A DNA stretch of 64,000 nt from Octopus sinensis (taxonomy: Eukaryota). A program made the position numbers and the translations under genes. Under the pieces are notes generated by a model. The model searched no databases. It was not told the origin of the DNA and saw nothing but the letters and a program-made list of their open reading frames with translations. Shown here piece by piece: positions 12,990-27,621 of this stretch; positions within the stretch are counted from its first letter, which is position 1, and each line of letters starts with the position of its first letter. Location: NCBI RefSeq assembly GCF_006345805.1, contig NC_043000.1, forward strand, positions 84,878,001-84,942,000. Direction: 5' to 3'.

Positions 12990-14050
12990 AAATAGTATCA
13001 TGTGTAACTACAGACGTAAAGACGAATGCAGATTCGTTAACAACTACATGATACGGAATGTAGTGTACAAATGTGAGGTGAAGGCAAATATGCAGAAATA
13101 TGTGTACATTGGCAGTACCGTAGACACCATGAAAAATCGTCCGAGAAACCATCTCCCATCGTTTACCAATATAAATAAGACATTCCACACTTGTGTCGAA
13201 CCTCGTCTGGAGCCTAAAACAGAATGGAGTAGAATACACAACTCACTAGCCCATTATAGAAATGCTGCACCATATAACGGAACTTCACGAGTATGCAACA
13301 TATATGCCTTGAAGAAACCCTGGAAGTAATCACATTCAGGCAAAACGTGATAAATAAACACTCTGAGATGGTCATATCATATAAGCATAGGAACAAAATA
13401 TCATTCATGGAATTTTCTTTTAATATTTTGAAAAGAAGTAACTAATTATAGAACCCAAACAAATAAACGAAAATACCAATGTTTAAGGTGATACACACTA
13501 TAACAACAGAGACAGTGAAAAGGTCGCCACAAGAGGGTTGGTATTAGTTAATTCAGTTAAAAAACCTCACTGTATATCAGCTGACACCAGTTGGGTTCAG
13601 AATTTATTGAGGGGAGTCAAGTCTTGAATGAAATAGAACAAAGAAATGTACTATCATCCTTAAATCTGCTGAATGAATAAACATCCTTATAATCTGCAGA
13701 ATGAAAAGCAAATAGATCCAATACCACCAGACACGCCTCCATTCCCATATTACTACCATTCCTTTCTCTACTCCCATCATCTACTCCCCCCCCTACCAAG
13801 TACATACAGAAATGCCCACATAGCTAGATTGGCCTTCATATTGACAAGAAGGGTTAAACGTCCCTCTGTGATTCATCGCCCAATGAAATGAATCAATGAT
13901 GAATATCAATCGGATGCCCACGGATAATACGGACTATACAGTACAAATCGCAAGGATAAGGACTCTAATGTTAAACTCGTGATTCGTGGAAACACGCGTA
14001 GCGATGTATTAGGTATTTATAAATTCCATCCTGGAATTATTACTATTATA
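12990..14050 (+). mobile_element. Penelope-like element 3' fragment with a CxCx5C-type GIY-YIG domain (Hydra-clade-like) and 3' UTR
   Basis: CNYRRKDEC...NVVYKCEV...YVYIGST..TMKNR.RNH..SF, then after a frameshift CNICLEETLEVI...INKHSEMVISYKHRNK. The UTR ends in (TA)n/(CA)n. Confidence 0.75.
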
Positions 14051-14081
14051 TATATATATATGCATATGCACACAACACGCA

Positions 14082-14164
<83 letters not shown>

Positions 14165-14794
14165 ATTCTTGATTGAATCAGGTACTTAAAAGAATCGGCA
14201 CCAGGTAGGGTTGGATAAACTTGTGGTCACCACCTATGGTCGATTAAATATCCAGTAGGATATTCAGTTTGTGCACACAGAGATAACCACCACCACGAGT
14301 ATTAAGCGCCTAGGGACTGGTCCAAAGTACTCATTGTGTTGATCATATATTATTTGGTATACGCCAGGGTGTCCGACGTGTCATGAATCCCTTTGGTGTT
14401 TTACAAGGAAATGAATAACAGACGATAGATAAATGTCACTTTAACTGAAAGTATGTTGGTGTATGTATTCATGAGATAAGTTTGACATACAAAATACAAG
14501 TATATAAGATAGGGATAAATTTTTGTGACTACTGCAGTTATAAATGGTTTTGCAGTAGAAGAAAAAATATATCTGATCAGGATCCGGTTTGCGCTTATGA
14601 AGGTTTCGGGAAATTTTCCCATTTGTAAAAGCCTTATGTATCAGGTTAAACCAAAAGTTTTATTCCGGATTTTTACTGATTTTTATCATTAATTTGATAC
14701 TACTTGTTGTACAATTGTTGTTGAATTGTTTATCTTTTTATTTTTATATATAACATATAAACATCGATTTTTTTCTTTATTTTAGAGTTTTGAT

Positions 14795-15600
14795 CATGAG
14801 TAATGAAAAATGGCAATTAGAACCATTTTCCGCTACCTGTGGGGAAAAGGACTAAGTTCAAGGACAGCAGCAAAAGAAATTAATGATGTGGAAGGCCCAT
14901 GAAATGTCAACGAACGTGTGGCACAAAACTAGTTCAGTAAGGTGACACCAGCCTCGAAGACAAAACACGGTCAAGGAGGCGTTCTGTTGTGAAAGATGAA
15001 GCCTTGATTGAAATGACTGAAGAACAGTCAAGCACAAACAATCGTACATTTCTGGCAGAACTTTATAAATGGACATTGCCAGAAGCTCGGCCTTGTGAAC
15101 AGACGTTGTCGAGAAACACCTCAAGAACTGACCAATGACCAGTCTCAATGACGTATGAACAACTGCAAACAACTGCCCGTTTGGGGGAGTCGAATTGTAA
15201 CTGGGCGTAATAAAAAAGAATCTATTTTCGTAATCTTAATAAAATAAATGAGCGACTTCGTTCTGGTTAGGCTTCAGAACGAAGGTGGCTTGAACAGAAG
15301 GTTGTATGTCTGGTGGAATTTCAAGGGGTGTTGCACTTTGAGGTTGTCTCAGATGGTCATGCTGGGAACGCTTACATTTTTGCTCAACAACTGCAGCGAG
15401 TATATGGTGCTTTGAAATTGACCGGTATTGGTTAATCGAAAACGCGCCCTCCTACAGCATAACAATGTACAAGACCACACTACCAAAGTGACCAAGTGCA
15501 ATCTGGGGGAACTTGAGAGGCTGAAAGTGATGTTTCGCACTACCTACAGTCCAGATACCCGCCAAATGCTTTGGAAATGCACCTAGAAAATATTCGGTAG
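14795..15600 (+). mobile_element. Degraded mariner transposon
   Basis: HTH-like IRTIFRYLWGKGLSS...NERVAQN...GDTSLEDK.RS and catalytic-domain relics VWWNFKGV, LLQHNN, YSPD; many stops and deletions. Confidence 0.75.
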
Positions 15601-16068
15601 AATATCATTTGAAGAAATGGAGTGGTGGATATATAACGATACGAATTTACTATTGCGTTATACAACGGACTCATATTTGGTGTGTGTGTGTGTGTGTGTG
15701 TGTGTGTCTGTGTCTGTGTGTGTCTCTGTGTTGCGGTCCAGGAAGGATAGAATGGTGAAGTATTTTCAATGCAGCACTCAAGAGACGATCTAACTCTTGA
15801 ATTGTAGCCTTAAATTCTTCTGGTGTAGAAAATCCAGTTGTAGCATCTGTAAAACCAACGTCTGTTATTTTCCGCATATAATCCAAACAATGAGACAAAT
15901 AAAGAATTTAACACATTTTCAATGACTAGTTACAGCTGTTTCTGTACCAATCTTTTTAAAACGTCAAAGTTCAATGTAAAGAGTTGAGTAATATTTGCGG
16001 TTTGAAACACTCGAGTAGAATTTCATCAGACTTGCATTAAATGGTGTGCCCTGATAGTGAGCACATTA

Positions 16069-16070
<2 letters not shown>

Positions 16071-16161
<91 letters not shown>

Positions 16162-16167
16162 TAGATG

Positions 16168-16263
<96 letters not shown>
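16071..16263. repeat. (GATA)n microsatellite, 3' flank of the LINE
   Basis: Directly visible. Confidence 0.95.
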
Positions 16264-16264
<1 letters not shown>

Positions 16265-16566
16265 CTTTCTTTTATTAGCCACACAGGGCTGAATACAGAG
16301 GGGATAAATACAAATGCAGAGCTTTTCTTTTCGAGGGTGGAAAAAAATAAAAAATGTAAGATTGCGATCAAAAGGGATCGAGAGGAGGAAAAAAAGGAAA
16401 AAAAAAGGAAATCGTGTATCACAGAAATAATGATGTAAACATTGATATAACAAGATTGGGTTCATCCGTGGGAAGAAAAGCCTACAGAAAAGACCACGGG
16501 AACCCCAGTCAGGGAGGAAATAACCACATGAGATCAAAAATGCTCTCTTTCTTTCTTTTTTACGAT

Positions 16567-19500
16567 CTACAGGATCATGCTCAAAATGGTTTCGTTACTA
16601 GCACGCACCATCTTTGCAACATTCACCCATCTTTTTTTGAATCTTTCGCGAGACAAAACTTCCCTCTCCATTCTCACCTTCCTTTTCAAGTGGTACTTGA
16701 AAAAGTTGATGAGCGATTGGCCAGAGAGGTAAGTGTTTGTCTCTAATCCTTTCGCTCGAGTCCACCACACACATTCTTTCACCATGGCCACCAGTACGAT
16801 GAAAACTGCCTTGCCTTCCCGGTTGAGGGAAGTAGGCGGAGCAATTCTCACGATAGACTCGGCCGATAGGCGGATTCGTCCCACACGTGACAGCAGCCGT
16901 TCGGCATAAGCCCACAGGTCGGAAATGGTTGGACATTGCACGAGTGCGTGCAGAACGGTTTCGTCGCTCTGACCGCATCTCGGGCAAGTCGGTCCAGTGT
17001 GTCTGGAACCGTGTCTGTAGAGCTTATCCCGAACAGGTAATGCTTCTCGATAGCACTGCCAGCCAGGGATCTTTGTGATTGTTCATAGGTCCCGGCCCGA
17101 AAGTTGTCCTGAACAGGCGGGTCAGGTGTTCTTCGTCGACGCCCAGACTCTGCCCGAGTTCGTCGTCGCACCTCCCCTCCACTAATCCTCTATAGAATGC
17201 CTTGTTGTGATGGAGTCGCACAAGTTCGATCCCGGACGGCAGAGTTGCTTGAGAGCAACGCGACACTCGCGGTGCCATTCGCCTAGCCTCGGTCTCTGCT
17301 TGATCCATGACTGTAGTTCGTCCAAGGAGACGAGCTGCGGGAAAGCGCGCCGCACAAAAGGCGACCACCCCTGTTCACCGTTGTCTATGAAGCGCCGGAG
17401 ATGTCGCAGTCTCAGCGCATGTCTGCGCATCATCAACCACGGCATGCCCAGCCCTCCATTTAGCGGGTGTTGGCAGCAAATGGATCGCCTAACCATCGGA
17501 ACGTTTCCCTTCCACAAGAAGCGGAAGAATATGCGTTCCAGTTTGGTGATGGTAGGGTCGGGACAAGGCACGACGGTCAGACGATACTCGATGACGGATG
17601 CGATGTACGCGTTCGCCACCTCCGCCCGACCTTTTAGGGATAGCTTTCTCTCAGTCCATTTCTGGGTGAGAGTAGCCACCCTAGTCGTTATCTCGCCCCA
17701 GTTCTTCTCCATTTGGAGGTCCGGACCGAACCAGACCCCGAGCAATTTAACCGGTCCGTCCGTCCAGCGTCCCACGATGGAGACGCTGTTGGACGGCATG
17801 GGCTTGCTTCTCCAGGTGCCGAGCCGCAAGCCCACTGACTTTTCCCGGTTAATTTTTGCTCCCGTTACCGCTTCGTATTCTTTCAGTGTCTCGCCGACCA
17901 GCTCGACACTATGACGGTGACGTCATCCGCGTATGCAGACACGCTCCTCCCGCATCCCAGCTCTCGTGGGATGCCCCTCAGCGTCGCCAGTTTCCGCAGT
18001 AGTGGCTCAAGAGTCAGTACATACAGCAGCGATGAGAGGGGGCATCCCTGACGAACCGAACGCATGATGTTAAAAGGTCTGGATAGATGACCATTTACGC
18101 GAACTACTGAGCGGATGCCGCTGTATAAGGCAGCGATCCAACCGCGGAAAACTGGACCGAAACCAGCCGCTTTGAGGACAGCCTCCAAGTAGTGATGGTC
18201 TACCCTATCGAAGGCTTTTGATTGATCCAAATTGATCAGCGCCCCACCCATGCCAGGATTTTTAACTACCCTGTCTATGATGTAGCGCATCAGATGGAGG
18301 TTGTCATGAATACTTCTACCCGGCACGGCGCATGTTTGCGCCTTGTCGATTAGTTTCTTGATGACAAGCGCCAACCTCTCGGCTAACACCTTGGCCAAAA
18401 TTTTCAAATCTGCGTTGAGCAGAGTGATGGACCTGAAATTATCTATGACGTCCCCCTTGTTTGGGTCTTTCTTGATCAGTGCCACTGCTCCTCGCTTTAC
18501 AAAAGCAGGAATACTCCCGTTCTGCTGCCAGTTGCAGTAGACAGCTGCCAAGACGCCTCCAAACAAGTCTGGCATATGAAAATAAAATTCGTAGGGCCGA
18601 CCATCCAAGCCTGGTGACTTGTCTCTCGCGCAGCCTACCATCGCATCCTGTACGTCCGCAGCTGTGATAGGCTTTTCACAAGACTCCACCTCCCTTGCTG
18701 AGAGTCGTGGCAAGGCATGCAGGTAGGCACTAAAGTCCACTCTGCTTTCTGACTCACCACTTGTCCCAAACAGTTGGGTGAAGTGTTGTTGAAAAACCCC
18801 ACACACCCTTTTAGGCTCGAGCAATTCGCGCCTCTGTTCATCTATAAGAGACTTGATGGTGGCTCTGTTGCCTCGTTGCGTCTCCACCACTCGGGCCTCT
18901 TGGGCGTCTCCAACTCCTTCGTTCCTCAGAGCACGCATCCTAGCTCTGACAACGCATCCTTCGTGTTTGGCGTTGAGGTGTTGGTCGAGGGCCAATCTCG
19001 CCGCCAGTACGTTGGACGCGATGCCAGTTCTAAGTGCCTCTTCTAAAACCTTAACTAAATCTCCCTCTATTCTATTTCGGTCTAATGCTAGGGCTCTACT
19101 GTATCTGACTGATTCTGCTTTAATCGCTTTTTTTAGGGCATACCACCATCTGTTGTTGATGATGGTACCCGTCAAAGCTCTCTTAACTAATGTGCTGATC
19201 CGGTCCCTGTAAACCTGTCGTGCTGTAAAAGACGCGTTCAGTTTCCAGTAACCAGGACCCTGCCTATGTGTCTTATCTAAGTCAAGTGTACAAGTCACAA
19301 ACTTGTGATCTGTGTAACTGACTATATGAAATTGTGGACAACCTACACTATTTTTATCTATTGTCCTACAGAATACTCTATCTAAGTATGATCTGGACGA
19401 CCCGATGCGGTTACTCCATGTCCACATTGGCACATTCGGGTGGTCCAGTCGGTACCTGTCAGACAGTTGGAAACGTCTGAGCAGGTCTTTGAGGCATTTG

Positions 19501-19985
19501 CATCCCCTTCTATTGCTATTTCTGCCCACGTAGTCTAGATGCGTGTCCAGGGTGGCATTCCAATCCCCCACTAAAAGTAAAGGACGAGACGTTCCCATGA
19601 AAGACTCTAGACGTCGAAAGAAATCTGGTCGGCCTGTTAAGGACGGAGCATAAACTGCTATCAGTCGAAAAGCACACTCATTGCTGCCATCGACATCTAA
19701 AACGACCAGCCTACCCTCCGGGTCTAGGAAATTTGCTCTTACTTTGAGATCCAGACTCTTCCGGATAAGTACCGCGGTGCCACCTCCGCCCATTCTCGGT
19801 AGACACGGAGAAAAATAAATGTTGAAATGTGTACCGAAAATGTGCTGGAGTGCCCGCAAGCTGTGGAGTCTGGTCTCACTGATGGCTATGATATTCAGAT
19901 TTAGTGACTTGATGTCATTTAACAGGTAGCCTTGTTTCCAAGGCGACCCCAAGCCACGTACATTTATACTACCTATTCTGAGCAT
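16567..19985 (-). pseudogene. LINE ORF2: AP endonuclease, reverse transcriptase and C-terminal CCHC zinc finger, frameshifted
   Basis: SINVRGL, ISETR, GDWNA, SYLDR, TDHK, WKLN; KSPGLDG, DQSKAFDRVDH, VRQGCPLS, YADDV; CPRCGQSDETVLHALVQC. Frame break just after YADD (~17900) and further breaks at ~17000-17200. Confidence 0.92.
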
Positions 19986-20029
19986 GTTCCGATAAAAGTG
20001 CAAAAAAGGAAAAGGAGAGAGAAAAGGTT

Positions 20030-22187
20030 ACTTGTTTTTCGAAAGTTCTTTGTCTTTCACCTCACGGTCTTCTTCTATGAGGCTTTTATACAGTTTTTTC
20101 GATGAGTACTTTTGAAATCTCCCTACTGCATCAGGTAAAGAGATTTCAGGGTGCTGTATGTGTTCTGTGTCACGTGTATTATTTTAATGTGTTGTGGTGG
20201 TGTTGTGTGTGGGTGGTTACTTGTTTTTATGTCGTTTTCAGTAATGTTAGTTTTTGACCTAATGTGTTCCATTAGGTCGTGGTTGTTTGTGTTTATGGCT
20301 GTCAACATTTTTGGGGGGTTTGATGATGGTGTGTTTGTGTTGATGTGTGTGTTTTCTGTGGATGTTTTTGTTTCGGGAGTGGTGTATCTTCCCGCTTTGT
20401 TTGTTATTTTTTCTTTTCTTTTTTTCCCCTTTTTCTTCTCCCCCCTGTGGCTATTTGCCAATCTTCCGTGTCTTCTTCGTCTAATGACAGATCAGACGAA
20501 TCGGAGTCTGGAAGAGGGAAAGTATTGGGGTCTATTGTCGACTGTGTTGGTTTTGTTGTTGGTGTTGGTTGGTGAGCGTTTGGTTGTGGTGTATGTGGTT
20601 TGGGATGTGGGGTTTGGGTATTTTGTGTTTGAGTGATTGTGGGTATTGTTGTGTTGTTTAGAGTCTCAATTTTGTGGGGATTTGGAGTTGTAATTGTTTC
20701 TTCATTTTTGCTGGGTGTCTTTTTGGCAGATGTCCTTGGTTTGGGAGTTGGTATATTCTTGGTTGTTGTTGTTGGTGATGCTGCTTCTGTTCTTGGTGCT
20801 GCAGTTGGTGTGGTTGTTTGTTTGGTGAGGTTTGTTCCTGCAAAAAGTGGTGTGGGTAGTAAACCTTGTTTATTTGTTTTTGTTTCCGGCTGCTGTTGTT
20901 GTTGCTGTTGTTTTCTTGCGGCAGATTTGCAGTCTTTTTTTAGGTGTTGCTCACTGCCGCATATGTAGCAACGTGGTCTTCTGCCATCGACGACCACATA
21001 TAACTTGTGGTCGTCTGATACACATATCTGGGTGGGTATTTTTTTTATATCTTCATGATGTATATGTAGAAGAAATTCTACTTTTTTTCCCACCCAGTTT
21101 TTATGCTCTGTGACTGTGGTTTCCAAAATAGTATAATTCGCCATTTTTACGCATAAGGCCTTTACAAGCCATAGACTATTGGCTATTTTGGGGACATTGT
21201 TTAGAGTGATCTTAGTCACTTTCTGTCCCCGATAGCTTGGTGTAAGTTGGAGTTCATCTGAGTGAAGAGTTAGCGTTGAGAAATGTCTAGCTAACTCTTC
21301 GGTGTAGAAAACAACTTGTATGTGGGAAAATTTGTTCCACCAGGTTACATATTCTTTGTGATCCCAGATGGGTTTCAAGCACTTCTCTATTTTGCTTGTG
21401 TTGGCCTTCTCTGGGATTTTTGTTTTTTTTGTTAACTATTTTATAAATGATTGTTCGTCTTTTTTCATTTTCCAAAATGTCTTCTGGTATGTTTATTTTT
21501 ACTATACCTTCTGATTCTGTTATTTTGATGTTCGTGTCCTGTATTTGTTGAGCCGTAAAGTATATTGTTGTTTTTTTTTTCTTTAATCGCCTCAGCGAAA
21601 TTTGTTGTTGTTTTGTTATTGTTGTTGCTTGTGGTGATGTTGTTGTTGGCTGCAGTTTGTAAAATTGGTGTGTTTGGTTCGATTGTGCAAGTAGGAAGGG
21701 GTGGAAAATTGCCTGCGTACTTTAGTCCTGCACTAGGGCAAATTTCGACATTTCGTTTGCTTGTCGTCGTTATTTTTTCACTTGGTGATGGAGTGAGCAG
21801 TGGTTGAAGGGAATTGTTGTTGTCGTCGTTGTTGTTGTTGTTGTTGTTGTTATTATCGTTCTTGGTGACGGCGGTGGTGTTAGTAGTATTAGTAGCATTG
21901 ACGGCACGGTCTTTGGTGGCGGTGATGGTGATGTTGGTATTGTTATTGGTGGCGATATCTTTAGTAGGGATAGCAGTTTTAGTAGCAGATTCTGCCATGG
22001 TGTTGGTGGTGGTGGTGGACTCACTGATGGTGTTGACGGTGCTTGGCCTTGCGACCTTTGTTTTGTATTTGTTGCTGTTGATGGTGGTGGAGTTGTCAGG
22101 TTCGGCGTATGCTAACAGAGCATCCTGTTTTTCTGTTTCTGCGCCACGCTTGACTTGCACCTCAGCCTCGTGATGGCCAGTGGCCAT
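20030..22187 (-). pseudogene. LINE ORF1 (gag-like nucleic-acid-binding protein), split by frameshifts in A-runs
   Basis: ATG at 22187; zinc knuckle CYICGSEQHLKKDC; T/N/Q-rich low complexity. Breaks near 21400-21480 and 20410 fall in homopolymer runs. Confidence 0.8.
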
Positions 22188-22408
22188 TTTGGAAATAAAA
22201 TGGCTAAATGAAACCACGAAGGCTATGAGAATTTTTTCTTTTAAATTTTGCCCACAAGGGGCAAAATTTTGTGTCGATATTTATCAAAGGTTTACAGTGG
22301 ATGTTGTTGCACAACTTTTAAGCACAAAATGTTTGTCAATATACACTTTTGAAACGTACAAAAATACCAACTTACGTGGAGCCCATTTGACTTGCGTCCG
22401 TCTGTCAG

Positions 22409-22508
<100 letters not shown>

Positions 22509-23385
22509 TGCAGACCTTATGACCCTTACGTTTGGGAAGTTTTATACTATAAAACTTTACATACAGAACATGCTTATGTTGTAGTTTTGTTGTTGCTTTT
22601 TCTGTGTGAAGTTGATGTTGATAGTTTCAGCATCCTTATTAAAATAATAATTCGCACTCAGGATCTCTTATGAGCGAAGAAAATTTACTAGTCAAAGGAA
22701 ATTGCTTATGTATGTGTATATCTATATATGAATGTGTGTGTCCATATACATAGATGTGTGTATGTGTACGCGTATGTGTGTATGCTTGTTAATGTATGTA
22801 TGTATGTATGTATGTAGTATGTATGTATGTATGTATGTATGTATGTATGTATGTATGTATGTAGGAAGGAATACATGTATGTAATCTATATTCACACAGA
22901 ATATTTGTGGGTACTGTACATTTTGCAATAATTTCTTATGTATTATGTTATGTGTGTGTATTATTTGTGTGTGCGCACGCGGGCGTTTGTACGTGTGCTT
23001 CTGTGTATGTACATGCATGTATATGTGTATGAACGCGTGTGTATGTGTATAAGAGTTATGAAAAGAACACCATTAAAGAAGTCACTCCAGCGATACTGAT
23101 CAGACATTTTCGTTAGGCTATAATCAGAACGGAGTAAACCTCATTGAAGCACTGACATATCAACTTCAAATAAATACACACAATTATTTATCAAACTGGC
23201 AAAGGAAATATCAACACAAATTTCATAAGAATAGGTTATCAAGATGGTTATTAGCTGAAATATCAAAGAAAATGAAAAGACCAATAACTGCAAGAAGAAA
23301 CGCAAATCCAACGAGAGAAGCGCAATCTTTTGATCTGGTCTGTATATTTAACTAAACTCCCTTTCCACAAACTCCTTTCCTGGTC

Positions 23386-23431
<46 letters not shown>

Positions 23432-23861
23432 GCCTATAAACAAAGACGTGGCGGTAAGAGAGCGTAATATGAGACCGGAAATAACAGCTTAATCAGCCTC
23501 AAACTACACTTTACCATCTTACAAAGTAGAACAAAGAATACAATGCATAAAGTTATGTTAAATATATTTGTGCTTAAAATAAAAAAAAGGACAGGATGGT
23601 CACGTTTATAGAAACGTTCGAAGTCATACTAATCCAGAGCTAAACAGGGTAAATGAAAGATAAACATCCGACACAAAATCGGAAATTGATTGCAGCGTAA
23701 GACTAGCTTTAAACCTTGTACAACGCAGTAAATGAATAACGACAGCAGTATGCAAGAACTAAACATAATTTTTAAATGTGTATGCGTGCGTGTGTGTATG
23801 TGTGTGTGTGCGTGTGTCTGTCTGTCTGTGCGCTTGTGTGCGCTTGTGTGTCTGTGTGTCT

Positions 23862-23919
<58 letters not shown>

Positions 23920-24151
23920 ATATATTATCAATGGTTCGCTCTGCCTCGCTTGATAAATGAGTTTCAAAATACAGATAAATGAGTTGTTCAAGTATTAATA
24001 AACGAATTTCCAAATATCCATACATGAGATTCCTAATGCTTGTCAGTCATTAAATAAGTGCTTCCCCGTGACTAAGAGTTATTCTGACTCTTATTTCTAG
24101 CAATACTGGTGCTGACTAGCACCCAGCACCCTTAGTCACCTTAATGATGTC

Positions 24152-24199
<48 letters not shown>

Positions 24200-24255
24200 T
24201 GTATGTATGTATGTATGTATGTATGTATACGTATACATATATATATATATATATA

Positions 24256-24756
24256 CTAGCAGTATCGTCCGGCGTTGCTCGGGTTTGTAAGGGAAATAAC
24301 TATATAAGCATTTTTAGAGAGTTTCTTCCCTTATAGATGCCAATTCGGGCTTTCTTAGCCATTTCTGTTTTGGTGTCTTCAAGCCATGAAGTCGTTGTTC
24401 TAAAAGAACGCTGGTCTCCTTGACAACGCTTTACGACGTTGATTTCCTTACACTCCCTTCCCCACAGCTTCACGAGGGAGGGAAGAAGGGGGAGAAGCAA
24501 ACAGGTGCAGGTGTGACCATGGACGCCAACTCCGCCGCCATCGACACACGAAAAATTATGCATTAAAATGGAATAAAAAATGATGTTAAATTATTTTAAA
24601 AATCGTAGACTCATCGTAGACGCGCGCTAATACTCAGACGGGCTCGATATGAATCACGACTATAAGATACCCGAATTTGGTTAAACTGCACCGCAAAATG
24701 TGGGAGTAGTTAGGAATCTAAATCGAAGGAGACAGACACTCACACAACTACAGTTT

Positions 24757-24778
<22 letters not shown>
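24256..24778 (-). mobile_element. Non-autonomous Helitron (family H1)
   Basis: Minus strand starts TCTATATATA...AAAACTGTAG and ends in hairpin CCCGAGCAACGCCGG plus CTAG; no TIR or TSD; inserted in (AT)n. At least five copies in the window. Confidence 0.85.
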
Positions 24779-25082
<304 letters not shown>

Positions 25083-25344
25083 TGCAGTACTGGGCCTCTT
25101 AACCGGTTTACAAAATCCGGGAATAATGTGTAATATTATGCAGTATACTGCAAGTTGTATTTAGCAAACAGATCCTGTTTTAGAAGTGAGTTCAATTGAA
25201 TCTGTTAAATACAATTTAGCTTATAACATAGTTTATTTTATATTTCATCGATACATTAAAATGTCTCGGGAAAACCGGAAAATCCAGAAATCAGGGACAC
25301 TACCGGTCCCAAGTTTGTCAGATTGTTGATCCGGTATCGTGCTT

Positions 25345-25480
<136 letters not shown>

Positions 25481-26352
25481 GCCCTGTCAAGGTCCCTCAA
25501 CTCCTTCGTGTTGTCATAGAGACGCCATCTTGCGATACGACGCAGTATGAGCATCATTACACCTATCAGTACCCATCTGTTTCCACGGGAGTGTAACCAC
25601 AGTCAGTTTCTTCCAGAAAGAGAGAAAAATGACATATAAAGGAAGAAAGAGAAAGAGAAGATCGACCAATATTGTTGTTTGGGGCCACAAATAAACATGC
25701 TCTGCTATTGGATCAAGTATCTACCTCATATGAATATAGTAGGACCATGGGTGAAAGCATGCATAGATTTTGATTTAAAATTTTTTGATGAGGTATCTGC
25801 AAACAAAGCATCTTAAATATATATTGTCTTTCATACTCATTTCTAATGCAGCAGCAAGATATATACCAATCCATTTAGATCAACGCCTGATTGTATTTGG
25901 ATGCTTTCACAAAGATTAAAATTCCATTAATAATTCTTTCACTATAGATGATCGTAGTATTTGAAACAGTAAAGATCTGTAAGATCTTTTAAAATAAAAA
26001 GACGAATGGCTGAGCAGAGGTAGTAGTGGTGAAAATAAACTATGAAACTTCTAACAGGAAACAAAAGAACCACACGCACACGTGCGCGCGCACGTATGTG
26101 TGGCTTCAAACTTCTTTGTGTGTACAGTTGAAAATAGTCAATACGTGAAACCTGTAGGTATAAGGAAATAATCCACTTTTAAACACACACACACAGACAC
26201 ACACACACACACACGCACACACGCACATATAAACACACACTACACATACATACATACATGTATACATACTTAGGTACATACATACATACAAATATACATA
26301 CATATATATACATACATAAAAGGAAAATGAATGGGTTATGTATATATATATA

Positions 26353-27256
26353 CTACGTGATGTACCCGGTAATTCCCGGGAAAGGGGGGCTTATCCCTTG
26401 GTTCTGTTCTCATAATTGTTTCGCTAATCCAGTAACAACAATACAAAGTATGTAGCCCCTAAAATGGTTTTTGTGCATTTATAGGGACTACCGAACTTTC
26501 TTACACAGGATATTGTTTTTAGGAATTTTAAGTTATGAATACCCAAATTGTGAAGTCAGTTATATAATAACAAGAAATTAATTACCTGATAGTAAGAATT
26601 CAAATAATGTAGCCCTGAAAATTGCTTTAATAGGTTCCCAGAATATATAGAACTTAAGAGGAAATACTAAGAATGTAGGTATACTAAAATCGTGAAGCAT
26701 GCTACGTAATAACAGGCTAATCAGATATGAGATAATAACAATTCAATGTAAAGCTTTTATGCGTTCGCAGAGAATATTAACCTCAGCGGCGCTAGTGTTG
26801 GTATATTCGTGAATAAGTCACTAACCGAAATACGTGGATCTATTGTTTAGAAAAATACTATTTACTTGTTTATGGGTTGTACTGGATAAATTGCGAAAAT
26901 AGCTCAAATAGTTCAAATACTAAGAAATAAGCATACTCAATTTGATTTATACCAAATAATTTAGGAAAATGAATGGGTTATTTCACATGGCTCTATATAC
27001 GGATCCCTTTCAAGTGCGAATGGGTTATTTCCCTTGGATGTTTAAAAATAATATATTAGTTATATGTAGTAGATATAAGAATCCCTTCCAGGGGTCCTAT
27101 AATCGATTTTTTTTCAACAATCTGAGTATGTCACTAGTTTTTCAGACATGAGTTCTACTCACGTGTCAAGCTTCATCAAAATCGATAAAACAATATAGGA
27201 GTTACATAACAACACCACAAACAAACACAGTCACAGATTTCCACATGTGTAGTAGA
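26353..27256 (-). mobile_element. Non-autonomous Helitron-like element (family H2), copy 2
   Basis: 5' TCTACTACAC; 3' hairpin CCCGGGAATTACCGGG then a degraded CTAG; homologous to 11650-12478. Confidence 0.75.
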
Positions 27257-27315
27257 TATATATATATATATGTGCACTTACACACGTGTGCATGTGTGTG
27301 TGTGCGTGCATGTGT

Positions 27316-27612
27316 GAAGGCCGTGGCCTCGTGGTTAGGGTGTTGCACTCATGACCTAGCGACAGTGGGTTCAATTCCCAGATCGAGAGGCGCGTTGTGT
27401 TCTTGAGCAAAACACTTTATTTCACGTTGTTCCATAGTCCACTCAGTTGTAAATGGGCTGCGACAGTCTAGCCTTCCGGTCAGGAGTTATATTGGCCTGC
27501 CCGTCTAACCAGCGGGCTGCCATCATTTGAAAGCAAAAAGGATGCAAAGCGCATTGTGATCAGCGTTGTATAACAACATCTGAGAGTCTCGTCAATCACA
27601 TAATCATGTGAT
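27316..27612 (+). mobile_element. tRNA-derived SINE (family C)
   Basis: A-box TGGCCTCGTGG, B-box GGTTCAATTCCC; shares gcgttgtgtycttgagyaaaac with 34095-34385. Confidence 0.75.
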
Positions 27613-27621
27613 ACGTACATA

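Larger units (their letters stand above)
16264..22408 (-). mobile_element. Near-full-length L1/Tx1-type non-LTR retrotransposon (~6.1 kb)
   Basis: 5' UTR, ORF1 with CCHC, ORF2 with APE-RT-zinc finger, 3' UTR with AATAAA; (GATA)n in the same orientation on both flanks. Confidence 0.93.

Noticed and set aside
13910-14010. Hammerhead in the UTR of the 13-kb PLE (CACGGA/TTCGTG stem then GAAACACGCGTA)
   Set aside because: The upstream core reads CGGAUGC and no stem I pairing was found; too degenerate to call.
17207-22173. Plus-strand ORFs of 60-235 aa over the LINE
   Set aside because: They are antisense shadows of ORF1 and ORF2 and of triplet repeats, with no recognisable domains.
23100-23300. 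Possible PLE thumb relic (NFIRIGYQ)
   Set aside because: Only one short motif with stops around it; not supportable.
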